Part shown: positions 56,558-64,000 of the stretch, one piece after another | Layout of the letters: the number at the start of each line of letters is the position of its first letter | Position numbering within the stretch: position 1 is the stretch's first letter | NCBI GenBank assembly: GCA_963555985.3 | Contig: OY820591.1 | Location: forward strand, 320,001 to 384,000 | Direction: 5' to 3' | DNA length: 64,000 nucleotides | From: Dehalococcoidia bacterium | GTDB taxonomy: Bacteria; Chloroflexota; Dehalococcoidia; Bin125 | The notes under the pieces: generated by a model | What the model saw: only the letters and a program-made list of their open reading frames with translations | Database searches by the model: none | What the model was told of the DNA's origin: nothing | Position numbers and translations under genes: made by a program

Positions 56558-58534
56558 ATGGCAGAGCGAAACTACTGGCAGCGAATCCGGCGGAATCGGA
56601 TGACGAGGCGGTCGCTCTTGCGCGCGTCGGCCCGGGCGGGAGTTGGCGCGACCGGTCTCGCGCTGGTTGGCTGCGGGGATGACGATGACGACGGTCAGCC
56701 AGCTGTCGCTCAGGCGCAGCAACAGCAGCAACAACAGCAGCAAGCGATGCAAGAGCAGGCGCAGCAGCAAGAGGCGATGCAAGAGCAGGCCCAGCAGCAG
56801 GCGATGCAGCAACAGACCCAGCAGCAGCAAGCCGAACAGCAGGCCCAGCAAGCCACCCAACAGGAAGAGGTGGCCGAGGAGATTGCCGAAGGAGCCGGCG
56901 AGGTCGAAGAGGCATGGTCGATGCCGCTTCCGCTGGACCAGGTCGATCTGGACGCCGAGATTGTGATCGCCGTGCCCTCCGACTCCGGCGGGCTGGACCA
57001 TCACCGCACCGGCAGCGCGCAGAACTACATCAGCCACGGCGCCGTCTACAGCGGGCCGCTCGACCGCGATCCGCGCGACAACTCGATGCACGCCGGCCTG
57101 GCGACGCCGGAGTGGATCGACCCCGTCACGCTGCGGCTCGACATCATCCCGGCCAAGTTCCACGACGGCTCGACGCTGGTCGCCGGAGACATGGTCTTCA
57201 GCTACGACCGGATGGGCGGCTTGGCCGAATATCACAACGGCGGCGAGACGTCGGATCATCCCGGCGGCTGGGTGCCGGCCTACCCGGCCCGCAGCGCGCT
57301 GAACTGGGTGCGCAATGAAGCGCCCGACGACCGCACCTGGTCGATCGAGCTGCCCGGGCCCGACGCCGGCTTCCTGACCGTCAACATGGACGGCTCCGGC
57401 GAGGTGACGATCCACTCGCAGGCGGACACCGAAAGCCGCGGCGATCTGGCGCTGGACCAGGAACCGATGGGCACCGGCCCGTTCCGCTTCGTCAGCCACA
57501 CCGACGATGAGAACTTCATCTTCGAGCGCTTCGACGATCACTACAACCCGATCGATCACCCGCTGCGGGTCACGCACGTGCCGCACCACAAGCGGCTGAT
57601 CGGCTTGGTGCGGCCTGAGCTGCAGTCGCGCCTGGCCGGCCTCGAAGCCGGCGAGATCGACGTGATCTCCGAAGGCGTCGGCGTGCAGGCGGCCAAGCCC
57701 TACATCGACGATCCCAACTACACCGTGCAATATCAGCCGGGCGCCGGCTGGTCGGTGCACAACATCTACCCCAACCTCTGGCAGCAGACCACGCCCGACG
57801 GCGATCCCAATCCGTTCCTCGACATCCGCGTGCGGCAGGCCGCCAACCATGCGATCAACCGCCGTGCGATCATCGACAACCTGTTCCTGGGGGTCGGCGA
57901 AATGTCGATGCTCGTCTACAGCGGCGTGCCGGGCTATCCCAGCCCGGAGCAGAAGGCGGAGGTGGAATTCGATTACAACATCGAAAAGGCGAAGCAGCTC
58001 ATGGCCGAGGCAGGCTATGAGGACGGGATCGATGTGCCGCTCTACTACACGCCGGACTGGGGCGGCGATGTGGTCGCCGATCTGGTGCTGGTCGCGATTC
58101 AGGATCTCGCTCAGATTGGCATTCGCGTCACGCCGGTGGCGACGCTGGGCTCTGAGTACTTCACGCCGCAGTACTCCAGCGGCCGAGACGCAGCCCCCTG
58201 GGGCCTCTACTGGTTCTACGCCAACGCCGTCCCCGACATCGGCTCGATGTGGGAATGCTGCGGCAGCGCCGAGGGCTTCTTCACGATCTCCCCGCCGCAG
58301 GACCCGCGCCTGCAGGAGCTCTACAACCAGCAGCGGGTCGAGCAGGACCCCGAGCGCCGGCTCGAGCTGATCTCCGAGCTGCTGCTCGAACACACCCGCC
58401 AGGCCACCTTCATCTTCATCGTCGAACCGCCCGACACGGTCGTCACCCGCGCCGACATCAACTACCCGAAGGGAGGCCGGGTCGGCAACCTGAACTTCCT
58501 GATGACCTTCGCGATTCAGAAGATCAAGACCTGA
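56558..58534 (+). CDS. ABC transporter substrate-binding protein family 5, Tat lipoprotein with Gln-rich linker
   Basis: TRRSLL twin-arginine, LVGC lipobox, poly-Q linker, KFHDG, GTGPF, DIRVRQA.NHAINR. Confidence 0.9.
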   Translation: MAERNYWQRIRRNRMTRRSLLRASARAGVGATGLALVGCGDDDDDGQPAVAQAQQQQQQQQQAMQEQAQQQEAMQEQAQQQAMQQQTQQQQAEQQAQQATQQEEVAEEIAEGAGEVEEAWSMPLPLDQVDLDAEIVIAVPSDSGGLDHHRTGSAQNYISHGAVYSGPLDRDPRDNSMHAGLATPEWIDPVTLRLDIIPAKFHDGSTLVAGDMVFSYDRMGGLAEYHNGGETSDHPGGWVPAYPARSALNWVRNEAPDDRTWSIELPGPDAGFLTVNMDGSGEVTIHSQADTESRGDLALDQEPMGTGPFRFVSHTDDENFIFERFDDHYNPIDHPLRVTHVPHHKRLIGLVRPELQSRLAGLEAGEIDVISEGVGVQAAKPYIDDPNYTVQYQPGAGWSVHNIYPNLWQQTTPDGDPNPFLDIRVRQAANHAINRRAIIDNLFLGVGEMSMLVYSGVPGYPSPEQKAEVEFDYNIEKAKQLMAEAGYEDGIDVPLYYTPDWGGDVVADLVLVAIQDLAQIGIRVTPVATLGSEYFTPQYSSGRDAAPWGLYWFYANAVPDIGSMWECCGSAEGFFTISPPQDPRLQELYNQQRVEQDPERRLELISELLLEHTRQATFIFIVEPPDTVVTRADINYPKGGRVGNLNFLMTFAIQKIKT

Positions 58535-58561
58535 GTCTGCGGGTTCCGGTGCTTCCCTTCT

Positions 58562-58683
58562 CTCTCCCCCCGCTCTGCGGGGGGAGATGTCCCGCAGGGA
58601 CAGAGGGGGGTCCGCCTCACTCTCCAGCGCCGACCAGACCCCCCTCTGCCTTCGGCATCTCCCCCCGCAGAGCGGGGGGAGAG
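58562..58683. repeat. inverted pair of REP-like repeats (family A)
   Basis: CTCTCCCCCCGC..GCGGGGGGAGATGTCCCGCAGGGACAGAGGGGGG and an opposite-orientation copy between the SBP and permease genes. Confidence 0.8.
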
Positions 58684-58766
58684 GGAAACCCGTCCTCCGT
58701 CAAGAAACTCCGAGTCTGGGATTTCCGTAGACTGCGCCAACCACAGCGTGCCCGACCTGAGATCTG

Positions 58767-59705
58767 ATGCAGTTCTGGAACTACCTCATCATCCGGCTGA
58801 TTCAGGCGATCTTCGTCACGTTGTTGGTCGTCACGATTGTCTTCTTCGTTTCGCGCAGTGTGGGCAATCCGGAGGAGTCGCTGCTGCCGCCGCTGACGAC
58901 GACGACGGAGGACAAGGCGCGCTTTCGCGAGCTGCTGGGGTTGAACGATCCGCTCCACGTCCAATACGGCAACTTCCTGCTCGACTTGCTGCAAGGCGAC
59001 TTCGGGACCTCCTGGCGGGGCGGCGGTACGTCGGCGATCGATTCGATCGGCGAACGGGCGCTGAATACGGTGCAGTTGGGAGTGGCCGGCGTGGTCTTCG
59101 CGTTGGTGTTGGCGGTGCCGCTGGGGATCATTGCCGCCTTGAGACGCGGCACGGTCACTGACTGGCTGGCGCGCTTTGTCGCGGTGGTCGGCCAGGCGAC
59201 GCCCAGCTTCTGGCTGGGCCTGATGATGATCTTCTTCTTTGCCGTGCAGCTTGGCTGGTTCCCGACCGGCGGCGCGAATGACGGCTTCCGCTCGCTGATC
59301 TTGCCTGCGATCGCGCTCGGATTGTTTGAGATGGTCGCGATCATGCGCCTGACCCGCTCGGGCATGATCGAGGTGATGGATACGGACTTCGTGCGTACGG
59401 CGCGGGCCAAGGGTTTGAGTGAGCGGACCGTGATCTGGCGTCACGGCGTGCGCCACGCACTCTTGCCTGTGGTCACGATGCTCGGTCTCTCGCTCGGCCG
59501 ATTGATCGGCGGAACGGTAATCATCGAGATGGTCTTCGCCTGGCCCGGCATCGGGCGGCTGATCATCGATTCGATCCTCAAGAACGACTTTCCGATGGTG
59601 CAGGCCTCAATCATCGTGCTGGCTGCGTCGATTGCGATTGTCAACCTGGTCGTTGACGTGTCGTATCGCTTCATCGATCCGCGGATTCGGGCGGGAGCGG
59701 CCTGA
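58767..59705 (+). CDS. dppB: dipeptide/oligopeptide ABC permease (DppB-like)
   Basis: LGLNDPL..QY, GDFGTS, PSFWLG, DFVRTARAKGL, FAWPGIG, DPRIR. Confidence 0.9.
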   Translation: MQFWNYLIIRLIQAIFVTLLVVTIVFFVSRSVGNPEESLLPPLTTTTEDKARFRELLGLNDPLHVQYGNFLLDLLQGDFGTSWRGGGTSAIDSIGERALNTVQLGVAGVVFALVLAVPLGIIAALRRGTVTDWLARFVAVVGQATPSFWLGLMMIFFFAVQLGWFPTGGANDGFRSLILPAIALGLFEMVAIMRLTRSGMIEVMDTDFVRTARAKGLSERTVIWRHGVRHALLPVVTMLGLSLGRLIGGTVIIEMVFAWPGIGRLIIDSILKNDFPMVQASIIVLAASIAIVNLVVDVSYRFIDPRIRAGAA

Positions 59706-60598
59706 TGGCGGAGAGCGCGGCAGCGACGGTCGAGGTAGCGCTAGGCAGGCGGCGGCGCCGGATTCGTTGGCGGCGTTATCTGGGATTGTCGGTACCCGCG
59801 TTGATCGCGCTGGTGGTGATCGTGGCCGGGATCTTCGCCGAGTTGCTCCAGACGCACGAGCCGGAATTCATCGACCTGGCCGCGCGCCTGTCGCCGCCCA
59901 TCTTCGACGGCGGGACCTGGGACCATCCCCTCGGTACCGACGAGTTGGGGCGCGACATCTACAGCAGGCTGCTGCACGGGGCGCGCGTGTCGTTGATCGT
60001 GGTGGGGATCGTCGTTCCGGGCGCGGCGCTGTTCGGGACGCTGATCGGCCTGGTCTCCGGTTGGGTCGGCGGCATGACCGGGCAGATTCTGATGCGGATC
60101 GTGGACGTGCAGCTGGCCCTGCCGGCGATCCTCTTCGCGGTGCTGATGGCAAGCCTGGTCGGGCCGAGCCTGACCAACGTGATTGTGATCCTGTTGATCT
60201 GGACTTGGCCCTCGTATTCGCGGCTGGTGCGGGCGGATGTGCTCTCGCTGAGGGAGCGCGATTTCGTCACGGCATCGCGGTCGGTAGGCGCGGGCCCGTG
60301 GTGGATTATGCGTAAGCATCTGTTCCCGAACGTGCTCAACACGATCGTGATCATCATGACCCTGGAAGTGGCGCTCGTGATCCTGGCCGAAGCAGCGCTC
60401 AGTTTCCTCAGCGTTGGGGTGCCGCCGGGCACGTCGTCGTGGGGCGCGATGATCTCGGAGGGCCGCGACACGATGAATGTCGCCTGGTGGCCGATCTGGT
60501 TGCCGGGCCTGACCTTGCTGATCATCTCGCTGACCGGCAATCTGATGGGCGATTGGCTGCGGGATGCGTTGGATCCTCGGTTGCGCAACTTGCGTTAG
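59705..60598 (+). CDS. dppC: dipeptide/oligopeptide ABC permease (DppC-like)
   Basis: HPLGTDELGRDIYSRL, RERDFV.A..GA, EAALSFL, GDWLRDALDP. Confidence 0.9.
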   Translation: MAESAAATVEVALGRRRRRIRWRRYLGLSVPALIALVVIVAGIFAELLQTHEPEFIDLAARLSPPIFDGGTWDHPLGTDELGRDIYSRLLHGARVSLIVVGIVVPGAALFGTLIGLVSGWVGGMTGQILMRIVDVQLALPAILFAVLMASLVGPSLTNVIVILLIWTWPSYSRLVRADVLSLRERDFVTASRSVGAGPWWIMRKHLFPNVLNTIVIIMTLEVALVILAEAALSFLSVGVPPGTSSWGAMISEGRDTMNVAWWPIWLPGLTLLIISLTGNLMGDWLRDALDPRLRNLR

Positions 60599-60617
60599 AC
60601 AAAGGGTTGCGCGATAT

Positions 60618-61703
60618 CTAGAGCGCCTCGGCGATTGCGGCGCCGAGGTCGGCGGTTGAGGCGCGGCCGCCGATGTCGGGTGTGCGGGGCGCGCCGCTTT
60701 TGGGGTCAAGCACGGTCTCGATTGCGCCGAGGATTGCGTCGTGGGCGCGTTGGTAACCGAGGAAGTCGAGCATCATCGCGCCGCACCAGATCTGACCGAT
60801 CGGGTTGGCGATGCCCAGTCCGGCGATGTCGGGCGCGGAGCCATGCACTGGCTCGAAGAGGGAGGGGAAGGCACCCGGTGGGTTGAGGTTGGCGCTGGGC
60901 GCGATGCCGATCGTGCCGGTGCAGGCCGGTCCGAGGTCACTGAGGATGTCGCCGAAGAGGTTGCTGGCGACGACGACATCGAAGAAATCGGGCCGCTGGA
61001 CGAAGTGGGCAGTGAGGATGTCGATGTGGAACTTGTCGACCTCGACCTCGGGATAGCTTGAGGCCATTGCCTCCACGCGCTCATCCCAGAACGGCATCGT
61101 GATTGCGATCCCGTTGGACTTGGTGGCGCTAGTGAGATGCCGCTTGGGGCGCGACTGGGCGAGCTCGAAGGCGTACTTGAGCACCCGGTCGACGCCGACG
61201 CGGGTCATCACGGTCTCCTGCATCACCATCTCGCGCTCGGTGCCCGAGAAGATGCGGCCGCCGATGCTGGAGTACTCGCCTTCGGTGTTCTCGCGCACGA
61301 TGTACATGTCGATCTCGCCCGGCTCGCGGGGGCTGCCGTCGCGGCGCACGACTGGCGCGATGATGCCTGGCATGAGGCGCGCAGGGCGCAGATTGATGTA
61401 CTGGTCGAACTCGCGCCGGAACTGGAGCAGTGAGCCCCAGAGCGAGATGTGGTCGGGGATCCGCTCAGGCCAGCCGACCGCGCCGAAGAAGAGCGCGTCG
61501 TGTCCGCCGATCTGGTCTTTCCAGTCGTCGGGCAGCATCTGGCCGTGCTGCTCGTAGTAGGGCCAGGAGGCGAAGTCGAAGTAGTCGAAGGTCAGATCGA
61601 GCTCGAACTTGGTCGCAGCTGTTTCGAGCACGCGAATGCCCTCCGGCACGACTTCCTTGCCGATACCGTCGCCTAGGATGACGGCGATTCGCTTTGTACT
61701 CAT
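60618..61703 (-). CDS. ttuC: tartrate dehydrogenase / D-malate dehydrogenase (decarboxylating)
   Basis: GDGIGKEV, DHISLWG, RENTEGEY, ATKSNG, NLFGDILSDL, EPVHGSAPDIAG. Confidence 0.88.
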   Translation of the reverse strand: MSTKRIAVILGDGIGKEVVPEGIRVLETAATKFELDLTFDYFDFASWPYYEQHGQMLPDDWKDQIGGHDALFFGAVGWPERIPDHISLWGSLLQFRREFDQYINLRPARLMPGIIAPVVRRDGSPREPGEIDMYIVRENTEGEYSSIGGRIFSGTEREMVMQETVMTRVGVDRVLKYAFELAQSRPKRHLTSATKSNGIAITMPFWDERVEAMASSYPEVEVDKFHIDILTAHFVQRPDFFDVVVASNLFGDILSDLGPACTGTIGIAPSANLNPPGAFPSLFEPVHGSAPDIAGLGIANPIGQIWCGAMMLDFLGYQRAHDAILGAIETVLDPKSGAPRTPDIGGRASTADLGAAIAEAL

Positions 61704-61789
61704 CGTGACCAGTCCTTTGCCCGCGCTGTCGGAATGCTCAGCAAGCTAGCGTGTCCTCTAGCCTGCGCGGGACGGTGAGGAGCGATGGC

Positions 61790-62479
61790 ATGGCTACGTT
61801 TGTATTGATTCACGGCGCGTACCAGGGCGGCTGGATTTGGTCGCCGGTGGCGACTCGGCTGCGCGACGCCGGCCATCGGGTCTATGCGCCCTCGCTTGAC
61901 GGCTGCGCCGAGCGTTCGGCGCAAGTGCGATCAGGAATCACGACGGAGACGCAGGCCGACGAGCTCGCGGAGTTGCTGCGCTACGAGGATCTCTCTGAGG
62001 TCGTGCTGGTCGGCACCTCGTCGGGCGGGATGGTGCTGGCGCGGGTCGCTGAGCTCGCCCGCGAGCGGATTCAGCGGATTGTGTTTGTCGATGCGCTTGC
62101 TCTCTATAGCGGCGAGACGATCCGCGACATCGTGTCGGGAGCGGCTGTGAACGCCGACGAGGTGGCGACCGGTCCGGCGCCCGGTGCAATGTTTGACGGG
62201 CTGCGGGCGAGCATGGAGCCGGAGTTGGCGCAGTGGGCGGCGGATCGCTTCGGGCTGCACCCGGTCGCGGCGTTTAACAGTCCGGTCGTGTTGGAATCGT
62301 TCTGGGAGCAGGCCTGGGATACGTGTGTGATCTGGTGCCGGCAGGCGCCGAATCCGGGCGAGGCACATCAGCGCCGCTGCGCGGAGGCGCTGGGCGCGCG
62401 CTGGCACGAGCTCGACACGGGCCACTACCCAATGCTGAGCACCCCCGACGAGCTGACGCGGTTGATCCTCGAGGGCTAG
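61790..62479 (+). CDS. alpha/beta hydrolase (esterase)
   Basis: FVLIHGAYQGGW, GTSSGG, DTGHYPMLS. Confidence 0.85.
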   Translation: MATFVLIHGAYQGGWIWSPVATRLRDAGHRVYAPSLDGCAERSAQVRSGITTETQADELAELLRYEDLSEVVLVGTSSGGMVLARVAELARERIQRIVFVDALALYSGETIRDIVSGAAVNADEVATGPAPGAMFDGLRASMEPELAQWAADRFGLHPVAAFNSPVVLESFWEQAWDTCVIWCRQAPNPGEAHQRRCAEALGARWHELDTGHYPMLSTPDELTRLILEG

Positions 62480-62666
62480 GCGTTCCCGCCGTGGATCGTT
62501 TCCGACGAACTGTCCGTCAGCGCCGCGCGATTACTCTCCGAGAGGCGCTCGCTACCTGGGGCTCCTCAACGCTCTACGCGAAGCCGGGCGGCGCGATCGC
62601 GCGAGTCCGGTCAGTAGCTCACGGGCGGATCAGCGCAGAAGCAAGGCGTTCTCTTGGCGTGACGGT

Positions 62667-62743
62667 TGGTAGGGCATAGGGGATTCGAACCCCTGATCTC
62701 CGCCTTGAGAGGGCGGTGTCCTTGGCCGCTAGACGAATGCCCC
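62667..62743 (-). tRNA. tRNA-Glu (CTC)
   Basis: GGGGCAT acceptor, CCGCC-CTCTCAA-GGCGG anticodon arm, GGTTCGAATCC, encoded CCA. Confidence 0.95.
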
Positions 62744-62769
62744 ACGCGCTTCGGCCGACGACTTTTGAG

Positions 62770-62843
62770 TGGCTGGGGATGGAGGATTCGAACCCCCGCT
62801 AACTGATCCAGAGTCAGTCGTCCTACCACTAGACCAATCCCCA
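62770..62843 (-). tRNA. tRNA-Gln (CTG)
   Basis: TGGGGAT acceptor, ACTGA-CTCTGGA-TCAGT anticodon arm, GGTTCGAATCC, encoded CCA. Confidence 0.95.
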
Positions 62844-62949
62844 ACGGGGTCAGATTATCAAGCGCGGGCAAGGGCGGCAAGCGGAGGTCGGTGCGCTGTG
62901 TTGTCTAATGCCCGTTCACTTTGGCCCGAGTCTGATCTACGACACTCCG

Positions 62950-63040
62950 TCATTGCTGCGCTCCGACGCGGCAATCTCGCCGTGGGAGCGACGACGGTGC
63001 AGATAACAGCGAGATACCCGCGACAAGCGCGGGTATGACG
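62950..63040. repeat. REP-like composite palindrome (family C)
   Basis: GTCATTGC..GCAATCTCGC ... GCGAGATACCCGCG-ACAAG-CGCGGGTATGAC. Confidence 0.65.
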
Positions 63041-63099
63041 ATCCTTGATTTACGCCACGGTCTCCGTTCGCGGGTATGACGGAGGAGGCGGAGGTTTGG

Positions 63100-64000
63100 C
63101 TAATCGTCGGGGCGGGCCAGGCGTTCGGCGGCGGCGTTGAGGCGCTCGACGGCGGTTTCTTGTCCCAGGACCTCCAGGGTCTCGAAGAGCGGGGGGGCGA
63201 TTCGTTTGCCGGTGGCCGCGATTCGGATTGGGGTGAAGAGCGCGCCCGGGCGCTCGCCGCGTTCGCCGGCGAGATCGCGCAGGGTTGTCTCGAGGGTTGC
63301 CGTTGTCCACTCGGCAGCGGGGAGTTCGCGCAGGGTCTTGAGCGCCGCTTCGACTGCCTCCAGCGCCGCCCAGGGTTTGTTGCGGTAGGCGCGTCCCATG
63401 AGCTCCGAGTTGTTGTACTCCAGCGGCCCGCGCCGGTAGAAGAAGTCGGTGTAGTCGACGAACTCCGGCATTAGCTTGACGCGCTCCTGGATGGCGGGGG
63501 CGATTGGGAGGAGGCGGGCGGTATCGACCGACTCCCCCAGAGCGGCTTCGAGGTAGGGGCGGCCGCGTTCGAGGAAGTCGGCGGGCTCGAGACTGCGGAT
63601 GTAGCGGGCGTTCATTTCGCGCAGGCGCTCGATGTCGAACATGGCGGAGGCGAGGCCGAGTCCGTCGAGATCGAAGGCGGCGACGATTTCGTCGCGCGAC
63701 ATGATCGTGGTGGTCTCGTCTTTCGACCAGCCGAGCAGGGCGAGGAAGTTGAGCAGAGCTTCGGGCAGGTAGCCCTCGACGGCGTACTGGCGGACGCTGG
63801 TCGCGCCGTGGCGCTTGGAGAGTTTGCCCTGGTCGGGGCCGCGAATGATGGGGAGGTGGATCCAGACCGGCTCGTCGTAGCCCAGGGCGGCGTAGGTCTG
63901 CACGTGGCGCGGGGCGGAGGAGAGCCACTCGTCGCCGCGGATGACGTGCGTGATCGCCATCTCGTGGTCGTCGACGACGGAGGCGAGATGGTAGGTGGGG
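63100..64000 (-). CDS. gltX: glutamate--tRNA ligase (5' part outside the window)
   Basis: PTYHLASVVDDH, ITHVIRGDEW, KLSKRHG, NFLALLGWS, RIAATG..PPLF. Confidence 0.95.
   Translation of the reverse strand, partial: PTYHLASVVDDHEMAITHVIRGDEWLSSAPRHVQTYAALGYDEPVWIHLPIIRGPDQGKLSKRHGATSVRQYAVEGYLPEALLNFLALLGWSKDETTTIMSRDEIVAAFDLDGLGLASAMFDIERLREMNARYIRSLEPADFLERGRPYLEAALGESVDTARLLPIAPAIQERVKLMPEFVDYTDFFYRRGPLEYNNSELMGRAYRNKPWAALEAVEAALKTLRELPAAEWTTATLETTLRDLAGERGERPGALFTPIRIAATGKRIAPPLFETLEVLGQETAVERLNAAAERLARPDD

Noticed and set aside
62667-64000. gltX-tRNA-Gln-tRNA-Glu as an integration site for the upstream region
   Set aside because: This is an ordinary conserved arrangement; I found no integrase or duplicated tRNA 3' end in the window.

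Overview
This is a GC-rich bacterial window, inferred to be Chloroflexota (Dehalococcoidia/SAR202-like) and plausibly host-associated, from gene content and the Tat-lipoprotein solute-binding protein with a poly-Gln linker. It holds about 55 mostly catabolic or redox genes: alpha/beta hydrolases, amidohydrolases, CaiB CoA-transferases, two Baeyer-Villiger monooxygenases, three Rieske oxygenases and a P450. It also has DUF1800/DUF1501/NHL, a Dpp-type ABC module, several toxin-antitoxin loci, a small defence pair (ATPase-TOPRIM and MTase-HNH), and ends at tRNA-Glu, tRNA-Gln and gltX. Three signals stand out. (1) An apparent sterol-remodelling toolkit: a eukaryote-type sterol C24-methyltransferase overlapping a Neverland/KshA-like Rieske oxygenase, a second Rieske copy whose SMT partner has collapsed to a 22-codon start+end scar, and an ERG4/ERG24-family reductase divergent from a P450. 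(2) Five co-oriented dispersed elements combining a -10 box, a LexA-like box, a short ORF with 10-bp-period repeats and usually a closely coupled downstream gene; two of them form a TIR-bounded ~388-bp MITE. (3) Several internally deleted gene scars and a degenerate tRNA. All assignments come from motif recognition by eye; no searches were run.
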